Numbered from the stretch's first letter, positions 17,606-27,489 are shown. The stretch: 64,000 bases of DNA from an uncultured Pseudobdellovibrionaceae bacterium (GCA_964519985.1 CAZFMF010000013.1:7515-71514); one strand, 5' to 3'. The notes: generated by a model not told the origin, from the sequence alone. Program-made: numbers and translations.

Positions 17606-18961
17606 ATGCTCGAGAAGTTGAAGAAGCAGTGGAGCGAGGGGTTTCGGCCCGTATACTGGGCGTCTTTGGGCGCTCTGGCCTTTGGTTCCGTCGTTTTGGC
17701 GAATCAGCCCAAAACCCCCAAATTTCCTTTTCCCGCGACCGCGAAGCAGATGAACGATCTGCAGTACCCCGAGCTGCCGAAAGAATTGAACGACCGCATC
17801 AAGGGCGTGAATGCCGCCCATGCCGCCAAAAAGAATCCCTTGCCGCAGGCCGATTCCGCGCTTTCGCGCGAGTGGGGTCTAGCCAGTATCGGATTTTTCG
17901 ATGTCTTTACGCAAATGGCGCAGCCGCTCAAAGGTCAGGTCGAATCCTGCTCGAAGGCGATCGTGGTCGCCGTGATTGATACCGGCGTGGATTACACGCA
18001 TCCCGAATTGCGCGATAACCTCTGGGTCAATCGCGGTGAGACGGGTTACTGGGCTCCCCCGAAGGAATTGGCCGACAAGGGTTACGCGTGGAACTGCCGC
18101 GACAAAAGCTGCAACGGATTCGACGACGACGGCAATGGCTACGTGGATGATGTCGTGGGTTGGGATTTTGTGCACGACGTACCGCTTCCGTTTGATACCC
18201 ACGGCCACGGAACGCACATCGCCGGCATCATCGGTGGCAGTGCGGCAAATGGAATGGGGACCTCCGGCGTTTGCCCCAACGTTTCCTTGATGGCTTTGAA
18301 GTATTACGACAATGGCGGCGCGGGCTATAACAACCTCGCCAATACCGTGCGCGCGATCGAGTATGCGGTCGCCAATGGCGCACAGATCATCAACTACAGC
18401 GGTGGCGGAGCGGATCCCGCGGCTAGCGAGCGCGTGGCCGTGGCCGAAGCCCAGAAGAAGGGCGTTTTGTTTATTGCCGCCGCCGGTAACGACGGGCGCA
18501 ATAACGATCGCCGGCCGTACTATCCGGCGAGTTACCCGCTCGACAATATCGTCGGCGTGGCTTCGGTAAATAAATACGAACGCCTTTTGCCTTCCAGCAA
18601 CTTTGGAAAAAGCGTCCACGTGGCGGCACCCGGATTGATGATTCTCAGCACGTTACCGGGCGGAAAGTTCGGCACGATGTCGGGCACTTCGCAAGCGACC
18701 GCCTTTGTGACCGGTGCCGCAGCCTTGCTCGCGAGCCAATCGATGGGCGGATTTGATTACCATAAGGTGAAGAACTGGCTGCTCGAAGGCGCCAAGCCGA
18801 TGAAGCTCAATGGCAGCAAACAGCTGCTGAGCGCGGGGCTATTGTCACTGCCCGGAAGTCTTCAAGCGCAACGCACTTTCTTAGCGAAGAATGCAAAGCC
18901 AGTGGCTCCGGAAGTCGCGGTGGCCGTGCCTCAAGCGGCGACGGCGACCCAAACTCGGTAA
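17606..18961 (+). CDS. subtilisin-like serine protease (peptidase S8), exported
   Basis: Catalytic triad motifs VAVIDTGVD (Asp), HGHGTHIAG (His), GTSQATAFVTGAAALL (Ser). Start trimmed to the ATG with a GGGAG Shine-Dalgarno sequence; a hydrophobic segment follows. Confidence 0.9.
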   Translation: MLEKLKKQWSEGFRPVYWASLGALAFGSVVLANQPKTPKFPFPATAKQMNDLQYPELPKELNDRIKGVNAAHAAKKNPLPQADSALSREWGLASIGFFDVFTQMAQPLKGQVESCSKAIVVAVIDTGVDYTHPELRDNLWVNRGETGYWAPPKELADKGYAWNCRDKSCNGFDDDGNGYVDDVVGWDFVHDVPLPFDTHGHGTHIAGIIGGSAANGMGTSGVCPNVSLMALKYYDNGGAGYNNLANTVRAIEYAVANGAQIINYSGGGADPAASERVAVAEAQKKGVLFIAAAGNDGRNNDRRPYYPASYPLDNIVGVASVNKYERLLPSSNFGKSVHVAAPGLMILSTLPGGKFGTMSGTSQATAFVTGAAALLASQSMGGFDYHKVKNWLLEGAKPMKLNGSKQLLSAGLLSLPGSLQAQRTFLAKNAKPVAPEVAVAVPQAATATQTR

Positions 18962-19063
18962 GAAGGTCATTGCGAGGACCGAAGGTCCGAAGCAATCTCC
19001 CCCCGATAAAATTCCATTTACACCTGGCCCCGGTCGGTGACATATCCGCCACTCGGAGGTTCC

Positions 19064-20332
19064 ATGGGGTTGTATTCAAGAGTGCTTTGGCTTTGTCTGC
19101 TTGCGGGCACCCCTGCTTGGGCAAAAATCCCCACGTTTGCAACGCACTCCTGTGTGGGGCGGATCTTAGAATTTAACTACTACTTCTCGCCGGAGCCGAC
19201 GCGCCGACCTTCATTCCTCCGGGGTTGGTCGACCGGGACGCCTTGGATCTTCTGGAATTCGAACCAGATCTCCAGTCAATTGAGTGCCCTGGGAGCGAGG
19301 CTCGACGGGGTGCCTTTCGACGTCTTACTCGAACTGGGTTTGGTCGATGGCAGTCTTTCGCGCCATGAAAGACTCATCGAATGGTTTCAAGAAGCCGACT
19401 TGCCGGATGTGGCGGAGGCGCCAAGATATCGCTTCGACGGCGAGATGCGGCAAAATTGGATCGTCTGGGAAGATGCATGGATTGCCCGGATCAACGTGGC
19501 CCATTCGGCGGCCCGGCAAATTCTAACGATGCAGGAAGATTTTGGTCTGGACGCCAAGGGATGGCAGCTTCGTGCACATTTCACGCTCGCGGTCATAGAA
19601 TCCATTGCGGCTGTGTTTCCTCATTTACTCAAGGAAGAGCAGTCTGGAACTTGGGTACGCCGTCAGGAGCAATGGCGGGATAGTGCATTGCGGCACTATC
19701 AGAAAGCGCACGCGCTTTTTGCCGTCGATCAACGTGCCAAAGCGTTACTCGATTGGTTGCGGGTAAAAATGTTAGGTCGGCTAGCTCTGAGTTTTGCCGG
19801 AGACGACGACTTCCATTGCACTTGGGGCGAACACATTGCGGGCTGCCCGCAAACGGAGTTTGTCCCCGCTTGGAAGAAAGCCATCGAAGCGCTGGATGAG
19901 ATGGAAGAGGCCCTCCAACCGATTGAGAGATACCTAACGAATCCGTCGGAGTATGGCATCGGTCGTTCGATGCGCGTCGAACTGGAAATGGAGAAGATTT
20001 ATCTCCGGGCCCGATTGTATCAGGCACGGGATCAAGCGGCGGGGCGGATTTATGAAAAACCGGCCGCCTACAACCTTTCCGCTTCGCATCTGGTGCGTGC
20101 CGCGCGCCAGATCATCCAATTGCAGCAGCAGCACGCCTCCATCTTGCCCGCACTCTCCGCGGACGAAAGCCGAGCCCACGAGATTTTGGATCGGTGTTTT
20201 GGCGAGATCAACGGGGCGGTGTATGGCGAGCAAATGGCCGGCGATTGGGTTCAGGTGTTGATCGGACTGCGGGATACCGATCTCGACAGAGCGCTGAAGG
20301 TTCTAGAGAAGCTAGACCCTCCCGGGGGTTGA
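19064..20332 (+). CDS. exported helical protein, unknown function
   Basis: GGAGG Shine-Dalgarno sequence, signal peptide MGLYSRVLWLCLLAGTPAWA. No motif recognised. Confidence 0.65.
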   Translation: MGLYSRVLWLCLLAGTPAWAKIPTFATHSCVGRILEFNYYFSPEPTRRPSFLRGWSTGTPWIFWNSNQISSQLSALGARLDGVPFDVLLELGLVDGSLSRHERLIEWFQEADLPDVAEAPRYRFDGEMRQNWIVWEDAWIARINVAHSAARQILTMQEDFGLDAKGWQLRAHFTLAVIESIAAVFPHLLKEEQSGTWVRRQEQWRDSALRHYQKAHALFAVDQRAKALLDWLRVKMLGRLALSFAGDDDFHCTWGEHIAGCPQTEFVPAWKKAIEALDEMEEALQPIERYLTNPSEYGIGRSMRVELEMEKIYLRARLYQARDQAAGRIYEKPAAYNLSASHLVRAARQIIQLQQQHASILPALSADESRAHEILDRCFGEINGAVYGEQMAGDWVQVLIGLRDTDLDRALKVLEKLDPPGG

Positions 20333-20374
20333 CGTCCTCGCCAAGCGGGTCCGACTGCGCTAGGCTCAGTCGCC

Positions 20375-21313
20375 ATGAAGGTGATTCTAGCGAACCCCCG
20401 GGGTTTTTGCGCGGGGGTGAATATGGCCATCGACAGCCTTGACCGGGCGCTCGAGGTCTTCGGCGCGCCCATCTACGTTTTTCACGAGATTGTGCACAAC
20501 CGGCCGATCGTGGAAGCCTTCAAAGCCAAGGGGGCGATCTTTGTCGATGCCCTCGAAGAGGTCCCGCGGGGGGCGGTCGTCATGTATAGCGCCCACGGTG
20601 TATCGCCGGAGATTCGGCGCAAGAGCGAGGCCGGCGCGCTGCGACCGATCGACGCCACATGTCCGCTCGTGACTAAAGTGCACAACGAAGCGAAGCATTT
20701 TGCCGCTAATGGGTATCGTATTGTCTTAGTGGGCCACGAAGGCCACGACGAAGTTTTGGGCACGACTGGTGAAGCGCCCGATGCGATTACGCTCGTGGAA
20801 CACGTCGAGGATGTTGCGGCCCTTCCGTTTGGTCCCGGTGAAAAACTGGCCTATCTCACGCAAACCACTTTGAGCGTTGATGATGCGCGCGCCATTATCG
20901 AAGCACTTCAAAAACGCTACCCGAGAATTGTCGGGCCCAAGAAAGGCGACATCTGTTACGCCACCCAAAACCGTCAGGAGGCGGTGAGGCAGCTTTCCCC
21001 CCAGGCCGACGTCGTGATTGTGGTCGGTAGCCAGAACAGCTCCAATAGCCAACGGCTCGCCGAGATTGCGCGCAACTCGGGTCGTCCGGCCTACTTAGTC
21101 GACGATGCGGAACATATCGAGCCAAAGTGGGTGGAAGGGAAGCGAACCGTTTTGATTACGGCGGGGGCGAGTGCGCCCGAAGCGATCGTGCAGGGGTGCG
21201 TCAACCTTTTGAAGGAACGCTATGCCGCCGAAGTGGAAAATGCCGTGATCCGTGAAGAGAATGTTGTCTTTGGTTTGCCCCGGGAACTCCGCGTGACGGG
21301 GGCCCAACTATGA
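20375..21313 (+). CDS. ispH: 4-hydroxy-3-methylbut-2-enyl diphosphate reductase
   Basis: MKVILANPRGFCAGVNMAID...HEIVHN...ATCPLVTKVH...GHEGHDEV...SSNS pattern of IspH/LytB. Confidence 0.95.
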   Translation: MKVILANPRGFCAGVNMAIDSLDRALEVFGAPIYVFHEIVHNRPIVEAFKAKGAIFVDALEEVPRGAVVMYSAHGVSPEIRRKSEAGALRPIDATCPLVTKVHNEAKHFAANGYRIVLVGHEGHDEVLGTTGEAPDAITLVEHVEDVAALPFGPGEKLAYLTQTTLSVDDARAIIEALQKRYPRIVGPKKGDICYATQNRQEAVRQLSPQADVVIVVGSQNSSNSQRLAEIARNSGRPAYLVDDAEHIEPKWVEGKRTVLITAGASAPEAIVQGCVNLLKERYAAEVENAVIREENVVFGLPRELRVTGAQL

Positions 21314-21951
21314 AATTCCTATTTCTGCTCGCGCTTTCGTCGTTAGCCTTCGGCGCGAAGTCGGCGCCGGTGGCGCTCAAAGATCTTCACCCCAGCCAGT
21401 TCGCCGTGGGCCGGCGCGCCTTGGCCGACAAGATCGCGGAGGTGAAGGCGGTTGAGGGCAATCCCAAAAAACTCGAAACGTTTTTGAAAAAGAAGGACTT
21501 TCCCGTCGTCGTGGGACCTAAGGGTCGGCTCTACCTTCAAGATGGCCACCATATGGGGCTCGCGCTGATCCAGCGGGGCATTCAAAATGGCTACTACTCG
21601 GTGGAAGAAGACTGGTCGTCGCTCGCTGAAGGCGAGTTCTGGAAGAAAATGATCGCGGAAAATCGAGTGTATCTCCGGGATGAAAATGGCGTCGCGCGAT
21701 CCGTCTCCGAACTCCCATTGCAATTGACCCTGCTCGCCGATGATCCGTACCGCAGTCTGGCTTTCTTTGTGAAAGAGCGGGGCGGCTTTCGCAAATCGAA
21801 GGAGCCCTTTGCCGAGTTTCAATGGGCGGAGTTCTTCCGGTCGCGCGTCCCGGTCGGATCCAGTGATGCCGCTTTCGAAGCCGCGATTACCACCGCGATG
21901 AAGTGGGCGCGCCGTCCCGAAGCCGCCCACCTTCCGGGATTTATTCCTTAA
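21310..21951 (+). CDS. ParB-like nuclease domain (ParBc_2-type) protein with signal peptide
   Basis: LHPSQFAVG...YLQDGHHMGLAL motif. N-terminal MKFLFLLALSSLAFGA. Its ATG overlaps the ispH stop (ATGA). Confidence 0.65.
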   Translation: MKFLFLLALSSLAFGAKSAPVALKDLHPSQFAVGRRALADKIAEVKAVEGNPKKLETFLKKKDFPVVVGPKGRLYLQDGHHMGLALIQRGIQNGYYSVEEDWSSLAEGEFWKKMIAENRVYLRDENGVARSVSELPLQLTLLADDPYRSLAFFVKERGGFRKSKEPFAEFQWAEFFRSRVPVGSSDAAFEAAITTAMKWARRPEAAHLPGFIP

Positions 21952-22029
21952 GCGTCCTGTTGGGCCCGCAATGGTGGAGCGTACTCGACCATTGACGAAC
22001 TGGTTGTAGACTCTACGGCAAAAAATGCT

Positions 22030-24567
22030 ATGACGCCTGAGACCCGCGGAGGGCCGGTGTTGGCAGGGTTTTCGCTGAAACAGTCCGCTCGATATCTGGG
22101 CCAAATGGCTTTTCTGGCGCTGCTATATAAAGGCGCCGGCTGGGCCGGGCTGCAACTAGATGCGGCCGGTGGTTTTGGCAGTGTGATTTGGCCGGCTTCC
22201 GGCTTGGCCTTCGCGGTGCTCTGGTTTCTCGGGCCCTCGCTTTGGCCCGGCATTTTCCTCGGGGCGTTCTGGCTCAATACTTCCGCCGGTCTCTCGTTTG
22301 CTCCCGCGGCATTCATTGCCGTGGGGAATGCGGTGGAACCCTACCTCGCGGTCATTTGGCTACGCCGTCTCGGATTCCAACCGGCGCTCGAGCGCGTGCG
22401 TGACGTCCTGGCGCTGACGGTCATCGGCGGCATGGTTCCTTCCGTCGTCAGCGCTACGCTCGGTTTGTCGACGCTTGCGTTCTTGGTGCCCCCACCGTCC
22501 GCCATCCTCTCTACGCTCTGGTTCAAATGGTGGTTGGGCGACTTGGTCAGCATTGTTTTGCTCGGATCCTTTTTCTTGGTCTGGGGCTCTCGGATGCGGC
22601 CGACCACGCGCGTAAACCCTTTTGAATTAGTCGCATTGGTCATTAGCGGAGTGCTCCTGAGTGCCGTCGCGCTTTACGGGTGGGGACTCGAGCTTTCGCC
22701 GTCCTACGGTTATCTGCGACCTTACCTTCTCTTTCCCGTGGTCGTTTGGGCAACATTGCGATTCCAGCAGCGGGGAACGACGGCCGTCATGCTCTCGCTC
22801 GCGTTCTTGGCGATCTGCGGGGTGTACGTCAAGGGCGGCCCTTTCAGTGCTGCCTTGGCGGAAAACCTTATCTTCTTACAGACGGGAGCCGGAATTACGA
22901 CGGTGACGATGATGATCGTGGCGGCCGCGATCTGCCAATACCGCTCGGCGATGATCCTGATGATGGAAAGCCGCGATCGGATGCGCAAGACCGCGGCCGA
23001 GTTCAAAACGATTTTTGATATCTCGGCGGTCGGCAATGTGCAGGTGGAGTGGGGCACGCGCGTTATCCTGCGGGCGAATCGCAAATTTGCCGAGATCACC
23101 GGCTACTCGCTCGAGGAGCTCGAGGGGATGCACATTGATCGCATCAACCACCCTGCCGATGCCGAGGCGAGTCGGGCTTTTTTCGAACGGCTTTTTGCGG
23201 GTGAAGTTACGGAAGTGAATCTTGAGAAGCGCTATGTCCGCAAGGACGGCAGCATCGTTTGGGTGAATGTCGTGGCCAGTTGTATTTCCGACCATCAGGG
23301 TCGTATGCGTACGATGGGGGTTGTTCAAGATATTACCGCCCGTAAGGAGGCCGAAGCCCAGCTCCTGCAGGCCAAGGAAGCGGCGGAGCAGGCGAATCGT
23401 ACCAAGAGTCTCTTTCTGGCCAATGTCAGTCATGAGATCCGCACGCCGCTCGCGGCGATTGTGGGGTTTGCCGACTTGCTTCTCGACGGGGGACAGACTC
23501 CTACCGAAGGGGCGGAATGCATGCGGACGATCCGTCGCAATGGCCAGCTTCTGACCCGAATTATCGACGATATTTTGGATCTCTCAAAAGTGGAGGCGGA
23601 CAAACTCGAGATTGAAAAGCTCCGCTTCTCACTGTCGGATCTCGTGGAAGACGTCATGGCGCTGGTGCGATTGAAGGCCCAGGAGAAAAATCTCTCGGTT
23701 CTTTGGAGCGCGGAAAAATGTGTTCCGGCGGTGGTGGTCTCGGATCCCACGCGATTACGCCAGATTCTCTTAAATGTTTTGGGTAACGCGGTGAAGTTCA
23801 CAACGAAAGGGGAGATCGAAATGAAGCTTCGGCTCTTGCCCGAGGAGTCGCCGTTGGTCACCCCGCTGCTGGAGATTTCGATTCAAGACACCGGTATCGG
23901 TCTGTCGCCCGAACAGGCGACGGATCTCTTTCAACCCTTTTCGCAAGCCGATAACACGACGGCCCGCCGCTTCGGCGGTACGGGTTTGGGGCTGTTCTTG
24001 TCGCGCCGGCTCGCTCGGGCCATGGGCGGCGATCTCGTTCTCAAACAAAGCATTCCGGGCGAGGGAAGCACGTTTGTGATCACCTTCGCGGTCGAACCCA
24101 TCGCCGGTCTGAACGACGAAAGCCCGATCCGCGTGGGACGGGTGGGGCAACACCAAGTTCTGCGGGGGGTGCGCGTCTTGGTCGTGGAAGATGCACGCGA
24201 CAACCAGATCTTGGTTGAGCGAGTGCTTCGTAACGCGGGGGCGACGGTGAGCCTGGCGGACAATGGTCTATCCGGAGTCGAGCGCGCCTCGGCGGAGGTC
24301 TTCGACGTCGTCTTGATGGATATCCAGATGCCCGGGATCGATGGGCACGAGGCGGCCACCCGGTTGCGTCAACAAGATTTCAAAAAGCCGATCGTTGCGC
24401 TTACCGCCCACGCAATGAACGATGAGCGGCGCAAGGCGCTGCAAATGGGTTTCGACGACTACGTCACTAAACCCATCGACCGCCTGCACCTGGTTTCCAC
24501 CGTCGCCCGTTGGGCCGCTCTAGGACAACGCCGCCTCGGCGGCACCGAATGCATCGGCCACGCCTAA
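22030..24567 (+). CDS. hybrid sensor histidine kinase/response regulator (MASE1-PAS-HisKA-HATPase-REC)
   Basis: N-terminal polytopic MASE1-like region, PAS (ITGYSLEELEG), H-box SHEIRTPL, G-boxes GTGLGL, and a C-terminal receiver (VLVVEDARDN...DVVLMDIQMPGIDG...KP). Confidence 0.9.
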   Translation: MTPETRGGPVLAGFSLKQSARYLGQMAFLALLYKGAGWAGLQLDAAGGFGSVIWPASGLAFAVLWFLGPSLWPGIFLGAFWLNTSAGLSFAPAAFIAVGNAVEPYLAVIWLRRLGFQPALERVRDVLALTVIGGMVPSVVSATLGLSTLAFLVPPPSAILSTLWFKWWLGDLVSIVLLGSFFLVWGSRMRPTTRVNPFELVALVISGVLLSAVALYGWGLELSPSYGYLRPYLLFPVVVWATLRFQQRGTTAVMLSLAFLAICGVYVKGGPFSAALAENLIFLQTGAGITTVTMMIVAAAICQYRSAMILMMESRDRMRKTAAEFKTIFDISAVGNVQVEWGTRVILRANRKFAEITGYSLEELEGMHIDRINHPADAEASRAFFERLFAGEVTEVNLEKRYVRKDGSIVWVNVVASCISDHQGRMRTMGVVQDITARKEAEAQLLQAKEAAEQANRTKSLFLANVSHEIRTPLAAIVGFADLLLDGGQTPTEGAECMRTIRRNGQLLTRIIDDILDLSKVEADKLEIEKLRFSLSDLVEDVMALVRLKAQEKNLSVLWSAEKCVPAVVVSDPTRLRQILLNVLGNAVKFTTKGEIEMKLRLLPEESPLVTPLLEISIQDTGIGLSPEQATDLFQPFSQADNTTARRFGGTGLGLFLSRRLARAMGGDLVLKQSIPGEGSTFVITFAVEPIAGLNDESPIRVGRVGQHQVLRGVRVLVVEDARDNQILVERVLRNAGATVSLADNGLSGVERASAEVFDVVLMDIQMPGIDGHEAATRLRQQDFKKPIVALTAHAMNDERRKALQMGFDDYVTKPIDRLHLVSTVARWAALGQRRLGGTECIGHA

Positions 24568-24651
24568 AAGGTACCCACTTCCTTTTCAGTCATCTCGCAG
24601 TCAGGTACCCGCTACCTTTCCAGTCAAAAGTCAGCAGCCTTTCCAGTCAGG
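24565..24651 (+). repeat. tandem degenerate repeat units (about 33 nt) sharing GGTACCC..CCTTTYCAGTCA; the first 21 nt are identical to 54962-54982
   Basis: Units at 24569-24602 and 24603-24635, plus a partial third unit at 24636-24651. The element starts at the TAA stop of the kinase gene. Confidence 0.6.
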
Positions 24652-24682
24652 CGGCCCGGGTATCGCACCAAAGCCAATGGAT

Positions 24683-26872
24683 CTACTGCGTTCGTTGGAC
24701 GCGGGTGACGGAGATTACGCCCTTCACCCCTTCGAGGGTGGAAATAATCTTGCGTAGGTGCGGTAGGTCGGAAATGGAAATGGCAAAGAGGCAGACGGCT
24801 TTCTTATCTTTGGTCGTGCCAATTTGGGCCCGGCTGATATTGGCGTTTTGATCGACGATGACTTTGCTCATGTCGGCGAGCAAGCCGGGGCGATCTTCGC
24901 AAACGACCCGAACTTTCACCTCGCGGCGGTCCTGCTTGGAATGATCCCATTCGATTTCTACGAGCCGGTGCGGATCGGAATCAAAAATCTTGGGGCACTT
25001 CGTGGAGTGAACGCTAATGCCGCGGCCGCGAGTGATAAAGCCGATCACGGAGTCGCCGGGCACGGGGTTGCAGCAATGAGCGAATCGAACCAGGAGGTCT
25101 TCGACCCCCTTCACGGTGATGGCGGTGCGCTGCTTGTTTTTGAGGTTCGCCGAATCGAACATCTTTTGCAGCGGGCCCTGCGTTTCTTTTTCCGGAACCG
25201 CTTTGACATTCAGCTTGGTGATGACCTTAGCCACTGAAAGTTTGCCGTAACCGACCGCGCTGAGAAGATCATCGGGGGTGCGCAGCGTAAAGCCTTCGGC
25301 GATCTTTTGCAGCGATCCGTCCTTCGTCGCCGACTTGACCGTCATCTTGAGTTTCTTGAGTTCCCGGTCCAGCATGTTTTCGCCTAAGACCTTCGACTTC
25401 TCGAACTCCTCGACCTTGATATGGGCGCGGATTTTGTTCTTGGCGCGCGAGGTGTGGACGATCTTCAGCCAGTCTTTGTTCGGACGCTGGGACGGCGAGG
25501 TTAAAATCTCTACCGTGTCGCCGCTTTTGAGTTTGTACTTCAGCGGCACCAGACGGTTATCGACTTTGGCGCCGATGCAGCGATTGCCCAAGTCGGTGTG
25601 AATGGCGTACGCGAAATCGAGTGGTGTCGCGCCCATCGGAAAGGACAAGAGCTTGCCGGTGGGCGTAAAGATGTAAACCTCCTCCGAGAAGAGGTCGAGT
25701 TTCACCGACTCGAGAAATTCGACGGGGTCGGAAAGGTCCCGGTTCCACTCCATCAGCCGATTGAGCCAAGCAAAGGTTTTCTTGTCCTTCGCCGTGATTC
25801 CCGACTCCTTATACGCCCAGTGGGCGGCGATGCCGCGTTCCGCGGTTTCGTCCATCTCGAGCGTGCGAATCTGGATCTCGATACGTTCCCCGTCGGGCCC
25901 GATCACCGTCGTGTGCAAGCTCTGGTAAAAATTTTCCTTCGGCATGGCGATGTAGTCTTTGAATCGGCCGGGGATCGGAGTCCAGAGCGAGTGGATGATG
26001 CCGAGAGTCGCGTAACAGTGCTCGATACTGCCCACGATGATGCGGAAACCGGTAATGTCATAAACCTGTTCGTAGCTGAGGTTCCCTGCCTCCATCTTTT
26101 TGTGGATGCTGTAGAAGTGCTTCGGTCGCCCACTGACATCGGCCTCGGGCTGCCCGTGTTCGCTCAGGGCGTTGCGGATGATGTCTTGAACCTTGGCGGT
26201 GTAGCTTTCCCGCTCTTTCATCTTCTTGGCGACGCTCGTCACCAGGCGGTAATACACTTCGGGTTTGGTGAACCGCAGTCCGAGGTCCTCGAGCTCGCGT
26301 TTGAGCTCGGACAGGCCGAGGCGATTGGCGATCGGGCCGTAGATGTCTAGGGTCTCGCCGGCGATCAGCACCTGTTTCTCGGGCGGCAAGTGCTGCAGGG
26401 TACGCATATTATGGAGGCGATCGGCTAGCTTGACGAGAATCACACGGATGTCTTTGGCCATGGCCAAGATCATCTTGCGGAAATTCTCCGCCTGTTTCTC
26501 TTCGCTGGTGTGAAAGGTGATTTTGGAGATCTTGGTGAGGCCTTCGACGAGACCGGCGATCTCGGCCCCGAAATGTTTTTGGATTTCTTCGACGGTAGTG
26601 ACGGTGTCTTCCACCGTGTCGTGGAGAAGCCCGGTGGCGATGGTGACGGTATCGAGCTTATACTCGGCCAGGATCGTGGCGACTTCAATCGGGTGAAGGA
26701 TATAGGGTTCCCCGCTCGAGCGTTTCTGGCCCTCGTGCAGCGACCGCGAAAAGTCGTAGGCCTTCCGGATGAGGGTGACATCCGCTTTGGGGTTATCTCG
26801 GCTAACTCGCGCGAGAAGATCTTCGATGCCGGGTTCTATGGTTGCAGCCTGTTCCACCTTAGGCGGGCTCAC
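24683..26872 (-). CDS. spoT: bifunctional (p)ppGpp synthetase/hydrolase (RelA/SpoT homolog)
   Basis: HD hydrolase motif HPIEVATIL...LLHDTVEDT, synthetase RPKHFYSIHKKM, TGS and ACT regions. Start placed at GTG 26872, which overlaps the gmk stop (GTGA); the track start at 26962 would overlap gmk by 94 nt. Confidence 0.9.
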   Translation of the reverse strand: MSPPKVEQAATIEPGIEDLLARVSRDNPKADVTLIRKAYDFSRSLHEGQKRSSGEPYILHPIEVATILAEYKLDTVTIATGLLHDTVEDTVTTVEEIQKHFGAEIAGLVEGLTKISKITFHTSEEKQAENFRKMILAMAKDIRVILVKLADRLHNMRTLQHLPPEKQVLIAGETLDIYGPIANRLGLSELKRELEDLGLRFTKPEVYYRLVTSVAKKMKERESYTAKVQDIIRNALSEHGQPEADVSGRPKHFYSIHKKMEAGNLSYEQVYDITGFRIIVGSIEHCYATLGIIHSLWTPIPGRFKDYIAMPKENFYQSLHTTVIGPDGERIEIQIRTLEMDETAERGIAAHWAYKESGITAKDKKTFAWLNRLMEWNRDLSDPVEFLESVKLDLFSEEVYIFTPTGKLLSFPMGATPLDFAYAIHTDLGNRCIGAKVDNRLVPLKYKLKSGDTVEILTSPSQRPNKDWLKIVHTSRAKNKIRAHIKVEEFEKSKVLGENMLDRELKKLKMTVKSATKDGSLQKIAEGFTLRTPDDLLSAVGYGKLSVAKVITKLNVKAVPEKETQGPLQKMFDSANLKNKQRTAITVKGVEDLLVRFAHCCNPVPGDSVIGFITRGRGISVHSTKCPKIFDSDPHRLVEIEWDHSKQDRREVKVRVVCEDRPGLLADMSKVIVDQNANISRAQIGTTKDKKAVCLFAISISDLPHLRKIISTLEGVKGVISVTRVQRTQ

Positions 26873-27489
26873 AGGCACTCTCTTTCCACTATCTCTCGGA
26901 GTTGCCGGTACGCCCTTTCGAGATCGTCGTTGACGATCTGGTAGTCGAACTTCCGGCTCCATTGCAGCTCATTGTAGGCGTTCCGCAATCGCGTTTCAAT
27001 AGAGGTCGAGGAATCGCCTTTTCGGTTCCGCAGGCGGGTCTCCAGCTCTTGGAGGGAAGGGGGTTCAATGAAAATCAGCACGGTTCGGTTTCCGTACTGT
27101 TTCTTTAGGTTCATCGCGCCCTGCACATCGATATCGAAAAGCACGTTCATGCCCGCTTTGAGGCAATCGTCGATGACTTTTCGGTCGGTGCCGTATCGCT
27201 TGCCGTGGACCTCCGCCCATTCGGCAAAATCGCCTTTGTCGATTTTCTTTTGGAATTCCTCGGGTGAGACGAAGTGGTAATGCACACCGTGTTTCTCGTA
27301 GTGGCGAATCGGACGGGTAGTGGTGGAGATCGAAAGGCAAACCTGCGGGAACTCGGCAATCAGCCGTTCGCAAAGCGTGGTCTTTCCCGCCCCACTCGGA
27401 GCCGAGACAATGAGCAGGCGCGGTTTAAGAGGTGTGCCCCCTTTTGCCGCCGTGTCTTTGCCTTCAGGAGACAAGTTCTCCTCCCTCAA
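26869..27489 (-). CDS. gmk: guanylate kinase
   Basis: P-loop LLIVSAPSGAGKTTL, TTRPIR, EVHGKRYGT motifs. TTG start. Confidence 0.9.
   Translation of the reverse strand: MREENLSPEGKDTAAKGGTPLKPRLLIVSAPSGAGKTTLCERLIAEFPQVCLSISTTTRPIRHYEKHGVHYHFVSPEEFQKKIDKGDFAEWAEVHGKRYGTDRKVIDDCLKAGMNVLFDIDVQGAMNLKKQYGNRTVLIFIEPPSLQELETRLRNRKGDSSTSIETRLRNAYNELQWSRKFDYQIVNDDLERAYRQLREIVERECL

Noticed and set aside
22062-22078. TGGCAG-N5-TCGCT near the start of the hybrid kinase gene.
   Set aside because: It lies inside the coding sequence just after the start codon, and the -12 element is TCGC rather than TTGC. Not credible as a promoter.
24565-24651. Short tandem repeats considered as a possible CRISPR array.
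   Set aside because: Only about 2.5 degenerate units of about 33 nt, directly adjacent with no spacers, and no cas genes in the window.
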